From Octopus sinensis (taxonomy: Eukaryota), in assembly GCF_006345805.1 (NCBI RefSeq), contig NC_043002.1:41912001-41976000 (forward strand): a stretch of 64,000 nt of DNA, written 5' to 3'. Shown in pieces: positions 1-13,493 of the stretch. The notes beneath the pieces are model-generated. The model was given only the letters and a program-made list of their open reading frames with translations, did no database searches and was not told the DNA's origin. The position numbers were made by a program, and so were the translations under genes. Position 1 is the first letter of the stretch, and each line of letters begins with the position of its first letter.

Positions 1-1040
1 CCTGACAAGGATTCTGGATTATTTTTCTTGTTTTATTTTACTTAATTTTTGAGAGCGGTCAGGTTCATTTTTAGTATTCTCGTTTGTGAGAACAGCTGAG
101 TTTATTTCAGATATTCTCATTTTGAAAATCATCTCCGGTTAATCATTGATAGGATGTTGATGTTGCCTTGGTGGAGGTTTGCACTCTCTGAGTGCTATCA
201 TCATCATCATTGTCGTCGTCGTCGAGTGTGTGTGTGTGTTCTAAACGACTAGTATCATTGTATTAGGTTGCAAAATATAATTATCAATTAATGTCCACTT
301 GTCTGTGCTTGCATAGTTCAAACAATATTTATTGAGGAAGATTTTGTAAGGTCAGATGCCCATCCTGTCACCAACCTTCACTTGCTTCCAAGCAAGGCAA
401 TATCTTCTCCCATAGAAAACTGGAAATGATTGACATTGCTTGTATGATGGTGATGCTCTTTTACAGAACCATGTGGTTGGGAAGCAAGTTTCTTACCACA
501 CAGCCACCTCCATTGCTATATAAATATTCCATCTGCAACTTGATTTCTGCCCTCGATAAGAGCTATTTATGCTTCAGTACATATGATGAAGTTGTTGCCT
601 GGACATCAATTGAAGATGGTCATATCTATGTAAAATCTTTGAAACATCAATTGATGATGTCTGCTATTCTTTAATGAAACACCAATTTATGATGTCCGCA
701 TTTTAAGGGCTAAATCACATTTCTGCAATTTTCACCTCCTCACTATCACATGATATTTTTTAGTCGCTTTTACACCTTGTGTGTGTGTGAGCTTGTATGC
801 ATGCATCCAGGCACTTACAATACAGACACGTGTGTATGTAGATATTCAAAGCTAAAACTTCTATTCATTGCCACCGTATGCTTCACTGCACCATTTCTTA
901 AAAAAGGGAAGCCTTATTTTTGAATACATGAATACAGTCTACTACAGATGTTTAGTACTTTTTTTCTCTTTTGTTCATAAATCTAAATTTACATAAATAT
1001 GTGCATATATATATATGTGTGCATATATATATATGTGTGC

Positions 1041-1078
<38 letters not shown>

Positions 1079-1762
1079 ATGTGAGTGTGTGTATATATAA
1101 ATATATGTATACATATACATAGAAATGCATATACACACATATACATGCTTGTATATGTGTCTATACATATAGGTTTGGCTATACAAATAGGATAAGTAAA
1201 GCACAAAACGTGTTTGTGTGTATTGATAGATAGATAAATACAAATATATATAAACATGTGTAACATGAAATTAAAATTATACTAAATTTTGTAGTGTTTA
1301 TACATACATACATACATGTATACATATTATTTTTAGTCTGTCATACACGTTGCTCTCAACACTTGAGTCACTTTCTAACTTCTACTCATTAAAAATAGGT
1401 CTATACACACTCACACACACAGACATACATTCATATACTCACACATACATCTACATCTGTTTATCTAGCTAGCTACATATATGTCTATGTGTATAAGGAC
1501 AATTAATTAGATTTTATTCTAAAAGTGTTTGGCAAAGGTTTTGAGGTGTAGATAGTTTTTTTTTTTTTTCTTCTTTTACATTGTTGTGAGATAGCATTTT
1601 AGATGCAAACAAGTGGAAGTATTTAAACAGGAAAAAATCCTAAGATATCAACGTGCGAAACACGGCACCCTGAGAGCAATGAACCACTTTTGCTTATTGA
1701 AATAAATGAAGAATGAAAATGAAAATAACCAAGAAAATCTTTTTTAAAGATATTACAAACAA

Positions 1763-1794
<32 letters not shown>

Positions 1795-2281
1795 CAACAA
1801 TAACCGCAACAACAATAATAATAAATAAATAAATAAATAAATAGAAAAGAAAACTTGAAAAAAATCCTAGCTTAACACTTCAAACACTAAACTATTGATT
1901 CGAGAATATTTTTGTTGTTGTTGCTGTTGTTGTGATTACTGCTGCAAATTGAAGAGAGAGTTGGATTATATTTTATTTTGTGTTAGTGCGGATGATGACA
2001 ATGGTGGTGATGATAATAATTGAAAACTTATTCTCAAACATGAATGAAAATGGAGATAGAGCAAGACAAATAGACAGATAGAGGGAGATAAGGATATCGG
2101 CAGATACATGGATAGATAAGTAGGTAGATAGATAAATACATAGATAGATAAAGAGAGAGAGAGAAGTACAAACATTGGTTGAGTGAGAAAGACAGACAGA
2201 TAGATAGATAGAGAGAAATAGATATACATTGATTGATTGAGAGAGGGGCAGATAGATAGACAGACAGACAGATAGATATTA

Positions 2282-2324
<43 letters not shown>

Positions 2325-3839
2325 TAGATAGATTGATAGATCGAAAGATAGATACATAAATAGACAGAGTGATATAGAGATGTGAAGCAGAAAAATCAAT
2401 ATTAATAGTAACTAGTTTGTTTCCCCCCATGTAAGAATTTAAATTAAACACTTCACTTCTCATGTGAATTTTGAAAGAATCGCTCAGATAACTCACAGTT
2501 GAGAAAATATACCAAAGAAAACAAACAAAACTTTGAAAAAAAAAAAGACACAAAATGAAATCAATAAATATTTCTACAAAGGTATTTTAGCTGGCAGCAA
2601 AAGAAGATTAGTGAAGAAAAATGTCATGCTGTTAACTATTTGAAAATTCTATTCAATAACACACGTCTGCCAAATTGACATTTGGAAGTAAACATCTTGT
2701 GCAAAGCATTGTTGTTACACACATACACACACACACATCTATTGATAGTTGGACGTGTATACACATACACATACATATAAGAATGTGCATATTTTTTTCA
2801 AAGTACAATCTGATCAATAACGAAGGGAGGTAACTTTTCTTCTACACGAAAGTGTGCCCAACGTCGATATCAATCTGTCGTGTGTGAGTGGGCGCTGGGG
2901 TAGGGCGTATACACACATGCACGCGCGCACAGACAGACAGACACACACACACACACACATATATTATGCACATATAATATATTACAATATATCATGTTTG
3001 TCGATCTATATATAATATTCACATACATACACACATATATATGTATATATATATTTTTTCTTTCTGTAACATATTTCTACTATATATATATGTATTTATA
3101 TATGTAAATATACATGTAAATATACATATGTATTTATATATGTAAATATACATACATATATATTTATATGTGTATGTATGTAATTTTTACATATATATAT
3201 ACACACACGTCTGTCCTATAGTTTTCCATAATAGCATGAAATTCTCGGTCATAAAAAAAAAGTACATCAACTTAATGCAGTAAGTTGTAGCACTTGTCTC
3301 TGTAGTGCAATAGCTTGCACGTTTGCTCTGTCTGATGCCCAGCAGAGTAGGTTTTTATCCCTATTTTTATCTTTTTTCATTTTTTTTTTTTTTGCTTTTA
3401 CAAATTGAATTGTTACATACAATTTACTGTTAATATGTGTACACATCATTGTATACACACACATTCACACATTTATATCATCTTTGATATAAATGTGCTC
3501 TTGTCAATATTGTGTATGTGTCTGTGTCTTTGTTGTTGTGACATCACATGTTTGTTGTAAACAAGTTTCCCTGTCATACAAGTGTTGTGTTTCGTTTGTA
3601 ATGTTCCATGTATATCTGTCCCATGGGGAAGTAATATCTTGCTGAGAAAGAAGTGAGAGGTAGCAACAGGAAGACCATCATGTCATAGACAATCTGCTTC
3701 AATGAATTCCATTGGAGCAATGATGATGATGATATATATATATAAAGTTAATCCAAACATGAAAACACAAAGAGAAAACACAACAACATGAGGACGTTGA
3801 ACAAGTATTGTGTTATTGGACGCTCAGGAAAGAAGGAGG

Positions 3840-3874
3840 GTTTAACGTTTCAAGTGGAGCTCTTCGTCAGAAAC
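3840..3874 (-). ncRNA. Minimal type I hammerhead ribozyme motif within a probable Penelope-like repeat fragment (about 3785-3950)
   Basis: Minus strand reads GUUU CUGACGA A GAG-CUCCA-CUU GAA AC GU U/AAAC: stem I 4 bp, stem II 3 bp, palindromic ACGU stem III. Confidence 0.7.
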
Positions 3875-3949
3875 ATAGGCAAAGGAAAGATCCAAGGAAG
3901 GGAAGACGGAAGGAAAAAAAATCGCCAACGGTACACACACGGTCACATT

Positions 3950-4005
<56 letters not shown>

Positions 4006-4022
4006 TTGTATTACTGCATTAA

Positions 4023-4312
4023 CTAAGCTACCGGTTGTTGTTACACACCATTGGTCACAATGCACTTCCTTACATTTGTTGTAGCTTTCAAATGGTGCCA
4101 CCTCACTGGCTAGTAGCTGGCCAACCATCCCCACCCCCGAGTGGAATGCCAGTCCATTGTGGGTTACCCATTTACAGCTGAGTAGACTGGGGCAACATGA
4201 AATGAAGTGTTTTGCTCAAGAACACAACACACCACCAGTGTGGGATGCAAGACCATGGTCTTGTGATCATGAGTGCAACACCCATTAAATGAGTGCAACC
4301 CATTAAGCCACA
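4023..4312 (-). mobile_element. SINE family D (further copies near 5279-5475 minus, 26840-27110 plus, 62900-63050 minus)
   Basis: Central box GTGTTCTTGAGCAAAACACTTCATTTCATG...CAGCTGTAAATGGGTAA; the 4023 and 5279 copies are nearly identical. Confidence 0.75.
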
Positions 4313-4608
4313 TGCATACACATATTGCCATCATCATAATCATTATTTTAATGTCCCCTTTTCTATGTTTTGTATGCATCAGATGGAATTTGTGGACATT
4401 CACATGTCACAGCACCTTTGTTCTAGTTTTATTTCCTAACAGTAAAAGTTAGAAAATTAAAAAAGAATAATTAAACACCTCCATTAGTGAGATGCTCTCT
4501 TCCAAACCTGTCTTGATGACAAGACAGCAGTATTCCCAAATACATGCTAACTATTTGTCGATCTCTGCAACTTATGCAAATATGGAAAGTAGATATACAA
4601 TGGCAGTA

Positions 4609-6397
4609 TGAGGTGGTATCAAAATGTTTCTAGACTAGTTCTGTAGTGAATGAATAGGAAATACTCAAATGAGTAGGAAATATACTTACATTAAACCTTA
4701 ACAATATTTTCTCTATGAACAAATTTACTTGTAGAAAATATAGCAGCCAAATATGATGTGGTATGAAAAAGTTCCCAGACTGGTTCTGTTGTGTGCCAAC
4801 GGACAGCAGCATATGATTGCATGCACAGTGAGAGCTAGTAGTGACCTTCATGAAGCAGTGTGCCGAGTGATATCTCTATGTTTACTTTGCAAGTTGTGAA
4901 ATTTGTGGTTTTGTGATCAGATGTATGCTGTAGTCTGTGATTTTGTCATGGACAAGAACAAAGAGCCAACGTGAAATTTTGTGTTAAACTTAAGAAGTCT
5001 GCTACAGAGGCATTAAGTTTGCTTCAGCAAGCTTACAGCCATGAGGAAATGGGTTGTACGTAATGTTTCAAGTGACATGGATGCTTCATAAGTGGGAGAA
5101 TGTCACTGGAAAACCTGCCACAAGCATCACCCTCAGAAATGTGGTATTGTGCATTGAGAATTCATCCCCCAGGCCAGACTGTCAGTTGAGAGTTTTACTG
5201 TAATATTTTGAAGCATTTGAAAAAGAACATTAGCAAAAGTGACCAGATCTGTGGAGTGTGAAGAATTGCATTCTTCACAAGCTATCGGTTGTTGTTACAC
5301 ACCACTGGTCACAATGCACTTCCTCACATTTGTTGTAGCTTTCAAATGGTGCCACCTCACTGGCTAGTAGCTGGCTGACCTTTTCCCCCCTGAATGGAAT
5401 GCCAGTCCATTGCAGGTTACCCATTTACAGCTGAGTGGACTGGGGCAACATGAAATGAAGTGTTTTGCTCAGGAACCATGCAGACTATCACTGATCTCTT
5501 CTTACTCGTGACTTTCTCACCAAAAACAACATTGTATCACTTCAACATCAACCCTATTTGTGAAATTTCACGGCACCTCCAACCTTCTATCTCTTCCCCA
5601 AGATGAAAAGGCAGCATTAAGGTTGCCATTTTAACACTGTTGTGCGATTCACTCTGGATTATGACAACTCAAAGAAAACGACTTCAAGACCAAATTCTAA
5701 AAGTGTCAGGAACACTAGGACCACTGTATTGCTATGTAAGGTAACTATTTCAAAGGAAATCAGCATCATTATCATCATTTATTGCCCGATTTCCATCCTA
5801 GCATGGGTTGGATGATTCGACCAGGGTCTGGGAAGCCAGGGGGCTGTACCAAGCTCCAGTCTGATCTGGCAGTGTTTCTACAGCTGGATGCCCTTCCTAA
5901 TGCCAGCCACTCCGTGAGTGTAGTGGGTGCTTTTTACGTGCCACCAGCACAGGGGCCAGAGGAGGCTGGCAACAGCCACGATCGGTTGGCACTTTTTTTG
6001 TGCCACCGGTACAGAAGCCAGCATTGGCCCCGTTTGGATGGTGCTTTTTACGTGCCACCGGCAGGGGTATCACAACTACAATTTCCATTTGATTTTCATC
6101 TGATGTTGATATACTTGACTCAATAGGTCCCCTCAAGTGCAGCAGGTCACCTACGATCCAAGGTACTTTGAATGGGTTGGAGCTGGGTATGTGAAACTGG
6201 TGTAGGATACAGCCATGAATTCACTTTATGTGCCAGGTCTTCGCAGTCACAGCATATCTCCAGAAGTCTCGATCTCTCGTCATTGCCTCTGTGAGGCCCA
6301 ACATTCAAAGGTCATGCTTGACTGATGTTAAAATTTAGGTTAATAAGTTAATTTTTATTAAACATAACAAGTCTGAGAATTTTTTGGTACCACCTCG
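4609..6397 (+). mobile_element. Decayed mariner-type DNA transposon with nested SINE and RTE fragments
   Basis: TA-flanked TIRs (tgaggtggtatcaaaa / ttttggtaccacctcg); remnants QRANVKFCVKL and a degenerate HPPYSPDLAP-like stretch with stops. Confidence 0.8.
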
Positions 6398-6533
6398 TAT
6401 ATTGAAATTTAAAGGAAAAGAGTGGTAGTTTGTTTCGCTTTACTTACTTTGTTTTACTCATTACAATGAAAATATACCTAAAAGCAATACATGACTTACT
6501 CATTATTTTCTTTATTTTACTTTAATCCTTTAG

Positions 6534-6751
6534 GATGATTTTTTGGACTGACTGGGGTAATTCTCCGAAAATTGAGAGCTGTGGTATGGATGGCCTTGAC
6601 CGAAAGCTTGTTGCCAACACGTCTCTAAAATGGCCAAACGGCTTGACTATTGACTATGCTGGAGACAAGTTATATTGGGCCGATGCTAAATACCATGTCA
6701 TAGAGTGCTCTCAGTTAGATGGTTCATTCCGACGAACAATCATTAGTCAAG
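6534..6751 (+). CDS. LRP4: LRP4 window exon 1, propeller 1 ([14 protein letters not shown]...IISQ), phase 2 to 1
   Basis: cctttag|g atg ... caa g|gtaaat; FWTD/YWAD repeats. Confidence 0.95.
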
Positions 6752-9700
6752 GTAAATGTTTTCTCTACTAATTATATATGTATATCAGTTTTTTTAAATC
6801 TTAATTATTATTTATTTTAATTGTTTATTGAAATACACAAGGTAGTTTTCTTATCTTGTACTTGTTTTAGTCATTGGTCTGTAGTCATTCTTGAGCACTG
6901 CTCTTGAGGGTTTAGATCAGGAATACTCACCCATTCTTTATCAGTGATTACTATTTTATTCTGATAAACCCCAATAGCCATTCACTATTAAAAACTAGTT
7001 TTAAAGAACTGTTCTCAAAATTCTTATTTTGTTTATCACACATTCACTTGTGTAGGTTGAACTATGAAAAATGTTAGAGAAAGAAACCTGGCTGTTTCTT
7101 GCAATACATACCAAAACATACATCTAAAGCAAAATCTTCTCAGGGGCCCTTAAAATGCTATTATGGGCCTCCAATTTACTATTTTGTTGCATGGGCTTCC
7201 AGGGGCCATATGGACCCCAACTGAGAACCACTGGTTTAGATGAACAAATACCCCCATAATCATTTTCTTTTAATGTCTGGTGCTTATTCTGTTGGTCTCT
7301 TTTACTGAACCACTTAGGAGGACATAAACAAACCAACACCAGTTGTGAAGCAATGGAAGAAGGCACACACACACACACATACAATGGGCTTCCACACAGT
7401 TTCTACCTATCAAATTCATGTACAAAATATTGGTCATCCCAGAGCAGTAGTAGAAAACACTTGCCCAAGGTGCTGTGCTGTGAGACTTGAACCCAAAACC
7501 ACATGGCTGCAAAACAAACTTCCTTGCTACTCAATCTTGCCTGTGCTTATTGAGATTTTTCAAGCTGAAACCAGCCCATTTGACAGACTTCCTCAGCCTC
7601 TGATCATAAAGTCAACAGTTCAGATTCCTTCAACCGTACAACAAAATATTTTTACAAGTGTTTTATTAATAGATATATAATACCTAAACTCTTAAGGTCT
7701 GATGGATGATGATATGGTTTTATGATCATATGTAGATATGGCTGTGTAATTGTTTATTTTTCAACCACAGAGAATGTGATACTTTTGAGGCAACAACTCC
7801 ACCACACAACCACCACCACCACCACATACATACTCTTGTGAATCAAGGTCCATTTTTCACATTGCAGTAGAAGATCTGTTTGCAACAAATAACACAAACT
7901 GGGTTCATACATCCTTTTGACTGGTAATGTTGGGTTTCTTGAATCCCTTCTCACAGAAAAGGGTTTCATGGTTGGTCTACTGGTTTAGTTGCTAATGATG
8001 ATCATATAACAAGTTGTACCAGATTGCATGGCACCAGTAGCACTCATTGACCTGACACTATCAACAAACATACATACACATGTATGTATGTCTATGTTTG
8101 TGTACTAAAATGTGTTACTTTTAATTAATGACCTAGTCTAATTAACTACACTATCTTGAAGTACTGTTCATTGTTTTATGATATATTGCAGAACCATTGT
8201 ATAATGGTAAATGATTTGCTTCACTGATATTTTGTTGCAATTCTGAACTCATATTTTCCTGTATGATATATGTTACTGAAACTAATGATCCCTACTTCAT
8301 AGCAAACCACTTTATTCCACTATTCAAATTTTCCTTGTTCTTACTATTTGCTGGTTTTACTGTGATATTTCTCACATGGTAAATCCTACAGTGGCATGAT
8401 CTCCAGCAAGCACACTTTCCCTTTGGGCATCTATATAAAGATGAAGTTATTCAGTGGTACTCTAAATGTTCTAATGTATTTAAGGGCATTCATCCATCAG
8501 TTTGCTTGCTTGTGTGTGTGTGAGAAAGAGAGAGAGAGAGACATCAGCAAAACGGAAGGGAAAATACTCATCATTTAACGTCCATTGTCCTTGCTGCCAT
8601 GGGTTGGACTCCGTAACAAAAATGTAGAATCCTAAAAGTTATGTTTGAAATTGAATTATTAAGTATTTTCTTGTTAGCAACAGCGAGTTTTATATTTTCT
8701 AAAGGATTAGTAAATAAACTATGAAAAAAATCACCCAATTCTTTCTCCCTTTCTTTCTCTATAAGAATAGTTATTCTGAAAGTCTGTCATTTAAGTATCA
8801 CACCCATCTCACAAGTGTTATGGTTTATTTATCAATCCTTTAGTAAATAAAATATTAGCTGTCGATAACAAGAAAGCACCTATTAATGGCTATATCTGCT
8901 AATATCTGTGGTAAGCATTAGGGCTTTTTTGAATACAAATCTGCAACCCAGTTTTGGTTTCTTGCTGAAACCATTACATTTTTCCCCCATGAAGTTCATG
9001 CTTCTTAAGAAAAGCATGAATGTCACATTGTATTGCCTTCTCTTCCTCTGAAATCACTACAGATAATAAGCTAATCATTTATTGATAGTGGATACATCTC
9101 ATGAAATGGGCCAGCAATGGGTTTCTATTTAGAAAACTTGTGCACAAAATCATTAAAATATTGATTGATTTATTGATCTAGTTATTTTTGTTTTCAATGA
9201 TTCTCAGACACTTTGGCTATCAATAGAACTATGAACAAAAAACAACAAGAGAGAGGAAAAGAGAAATGTTTCTTATTAAACTAAAAACTAAACAAGAAGT
9301 AAAAATTCAACAATCTGTAACCTTCAATAAGAAGTACATGACGATGGTGATGATGATGATGATGATGCATATTGTACATGAAATTTGCCAACTCTATCAA
9401 AAATTTCTGCAGTGACTACTTAGTGGCTTTGGTTAGTGTCTTAAAGAATAACTGCTAAATTATTCAGATAAATTCTATTGTTGTAATATCTGCTGTTATA
9501 AGATATGATGTTGCTTAGGCTGCAGTTCACTCTTCTCAAGCAGACCTGTCATTACAGACCTTCTGGCCATAACCATCCAAGCATATTTTCAGACATTGTA
9601 TCTATGACTCTATTACCTAAGCTGTTGTTTCTTTTTTTTTTTTTTTAAAAAGACTGAAGCTAGCATGCTCCACTGGATGGGTAATGTCAGTGTGCATGCA

Positions 9701-12700
9701 CAACAGAGTGTAAATAATTTAGGAAGAAAACTGAGTATAAGAGGCATCAGATGTTGTGTGCAAGAGAGAAACTGCACAGGTTTGGTCATGTAATGCTTAT
9801 GGATGAGGACAGCTGCATAAAGAAGTGCTGTGCTGTAATTGTAGGGGGTACCTGTGGAAGGGGTAGACCCAAGAAGACATCAGACGAATTGGTGAGAAAG
9901 GTTCTTTAGACACTGAGCCTCACTGAGGAAATGACAAGGGACCAGGAGATGTGGTGATTTGCTGTAATTGATAAGACATGTCAAGCCAAGTAAAATCACT
10001 GTCTTCCTCACATACAGGATTGTCCTTTGAGGTGCTGGTGCTGCATTAGCACACCTGTGCCAGTTCTGTACAAACACACCTGTGCTGGTGGCACATGAAA
10101 AGCACCCAATACACTCTGCTAAGTGGTCGGCATTGGGAAGGTCATCCACCTGTAGAAACCATGCCACAACTGCCAGTTGGAATCTGGACAGCTCCATGCT
10201 AGTCAGCTCCATATCAAACCGTCCAACCCATACCAGCATGAAAAGCGGATATTAAACAATGGTGATGTAGGGTGGTATTTGAACCAAATTTGGCTACTGT
10301 TTCTAGCATAGTTGAAGTTGGTTGTTTTGGTGTTTTGACTACTAACTGAAGGAACAGCTGTATATATTTTATCACTAATGTTGTTCTGTTTTGAGGCAAA
10401 TACTACCACCACCGCTACGTCTGTCACTGCAAGCATTGCTGCTACTTCCTTTACCACCACAGCATATCACCAGTTGTCTTTTGTTATCTGTTTATGAGGA
10501 CCAGCCTCCTGAGATCTTGCATTAATACACTACCTTTTACTCATTGGGATTACATTGTCAAATACAGATGTTTGTTTCTTCACATAATTAATTTTGAATT
10601 AATCATGCATTATCTCATAGCTTTGAGATATCTATGATGTGATTATATTTTTTTGGAATAACATTGTAGCATAGGTGTGAGAGGCCGGTTGCAGCCAGTT
10701 TGAACATAAAACAGGTAGTATATTTTGGGTTGGATATGACCAGTTTTAATGCTAAAGGGTTAAATTATCTAATCTATTTAGCTCTAAAGACCGTAAAATG
10801 ATACAAGTGATCACAGTAAACAGCAGGAGCATTTTAAAATAGATGTGTGTCCTGTTATTTAAGACAGTAGAGTGTAATTTGAAGGGAAGTTACCTGCTAT
10901 TTCTAGCAGGTTGGGCAGCCATGTAGAGTCTCTCTCATTGGTTTATCTTTATCTAGTCAGTCTAGAATATTAGAGAAAGTAGAACTAGCTACAATGTTTG
11001 AAAATATTGGATGGTCACGATTGGAACATCTTTGATCATAAGTTACTTCAGTCAGAATTGAGCTGGGATTAAGCAACAATTACTACTACTGCTATGGTAA
11101 ATCTTGTTGACAACAGACTATCTGAGCTCAGTGTATAAATATATCATGGGTTCAGAGTTGTAAGTCATTTAAATGTTTGGTCTTTTAATATCAATAAATC
11201 AAAACCCAGTAATTTTGTGACGATAAATCAATAATTTACAACTATTCGTTTAAATGGGCATGTTCTCTTGATCATGTTTCTTAAAGCCATCACAAGATGG
11301 AGAAATAAACTGACACATTCCTTGAAACATTATCATCATAGTCATCATTTTAACATCAACTTTTCCATGCTCACATGGGTTGGCTTCAGGTTGTTGAGAC
11401 ATATTTTCTATGAATTGATGCCCTTACCTGATTCCAAGTAAGGTGATATTTCCAGATAACCAGACATGTTTTCACAGGACATTGGATACAAAGAACAATG
11501 CTTGAATGACTGTGGCACTAGTTTTCAAACATCATGTAATGTCAGAGCCAGGAAATAGTAAAGTGCATGCGTGCGTGTGCATGCACACACACACAAACAC
11601 ACACACACACACGAGGAGTACAGAAAAGTTCCTGGCTTTGGGTAAAAGATAATACAGGAAGATCAGTTAATTATGATTTTATTGAACATATTCCCCTCTC
11701 AGATTCAAATACTTATTGCAACAGTCCTTCAGTTTTTCTAAGCCCTGTAAAATAACTTAGAAGTTTGAACTTTCAACCAGGCCTTTTGGAATACCCTTAA
11801 AGCCAGGAACTTTTCAGCACCATCTCCTATATATATATATATTGTTTACATTTGACGGCTATTCGTCCTCATGTTCTTTGTTGTTAGCACAACGTTTCGG
11901 CTGATATACACTCCACCCTTCATCAGGTGTCTTGGGAAAATTTCGAATCTGGGTTCTCATTCCTAAGGTATTTTTCGATGTTGTTGTTATTATAACAATC
12001 AAACTTGGAATCTTGGGGTTAGTAGCCCGTGCTCTTAACCTCTACACCATATGCTATATATATATAGCACCTTTGATGGAATACATTTAGTTTTCTTTCC
12101 ATCCCTACTATGCTCTTCCAAGTCTCACTGGCTAGATTGTAATATGCAGAATGATGGAGTTATATAAATGTACATAAACATATATATAAATGTTATATAA
12201 ATGTACATAAACATATGTGTGGATGTAATCATATCCATATGTATTAAATTACACTGTGAGAGAAGGTACACAAGAAAGCCTCTTTACTTATTTGGGGTGA
12301 AAAATAAAGCAACTGATTTTGTTGTTATTTAACAACTTAGAAGATCATTGAGTTTGATCCTAGTCCCAAGCTGCCAAAAAATATGTGATAGGCCTAAGTC
12401 CATAGTAAGGTTATACATGGTTTGACTTTGTAAAAAAAAATTATATTATAGCTGCAAAGAAATAAAGTTTCATAATAAATTTATTGTAATAACTTTGTAT
12501 TTTCCATTTCAAAATTTACCATCAGAGGAGAAACATTACTGTCTGGGAGTTTTTTTCTTAATTTAATTTTTTTTAACTTTTAGTTATTGTAATATATTTT
12601 ATTACAGTCTGGATATTTTCATTTTTTTCCTAGTTATTGTAATATAATATCTTATTGCTGTCTGAATGTTTTTTTCCCTAGTTATTGTAATATATATAAT

Positions 12701-13451
12701 ATCTTGTTTTTTTGTGGGATTTATATATATATATATATATATATAAAAGCAACTTTGTCCAAAGTCTTTCTCTAACATTTAAAGAAAGATCAAAACTTAT
12801 GAAAGAGTGAAATATGAAAGGGAAATGAAAGTATTTGTGAAATAAATGCAAAACATTTATAAGATCAAAATAAATAACAACTTCAAAATATTTAATAACT
12901 TTTAAGCATTACATTTAAAAGAAAAATTCAAATGTTATATAATAATGAAATATGAAAGTACTTTGAATTATTTTCCTTGCTACACCTAAACAATATTTCC
13001 TTCATTTCTTTAAAATTTTATAATTTTTGTAACAGTATTGTCATGGCAGTGGGGGAGAAGTAATAAAGACGAGAATTTAAGTTTTTAAGGAGACTAGAAG
13101 TAGCAAAAAAAAAAGTGTTCACAGTGAATGAGATCTGTAGTTGCCGAGGAGTGAGTTTTGAGCAAAGGTGGTTTGGATTAATATTAAAAGCAATATTTTT
13201 TTTATTAAAATATATTAAAATTCAAAATTTAAAGATTTTACTTTAATTTTAGATTGAATTAAAAGTTTGTTTAAGAGTTTTGGTTTAGGCACAGGTGTGG
13301 CTTTGTAGTAAGAAGTTTGCTTCCCAAACTCATGGTTTTGGGTTCAACCCCACTGTGTAGCATGCTGGGCAAGTGTCTTCTACAATAGTCTTGGGCTGAC
13401 CAAAGGCTTGTGAGTGAATTTGATAGATGGAAACTGAAAGAAGCTGTCATG

Positions 13452-13493
<42 letters not shown>

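Noticed and set aside
426-674. 82-aa ORF before the first LRP4 exon
   Set aside because: Its start is SINE family A sequence (MWLGSKFLTTQ recurs in other SINE ORFs); the rest has no LDLa, EGF or YWTD character.
952-2553. ORFs of 84-195 aa rich in Y/I/H/T/L/S
   Set aside because: Translations of (TA), (CA) and (GATA/GACA) microsatellites; no codon or domain signal.
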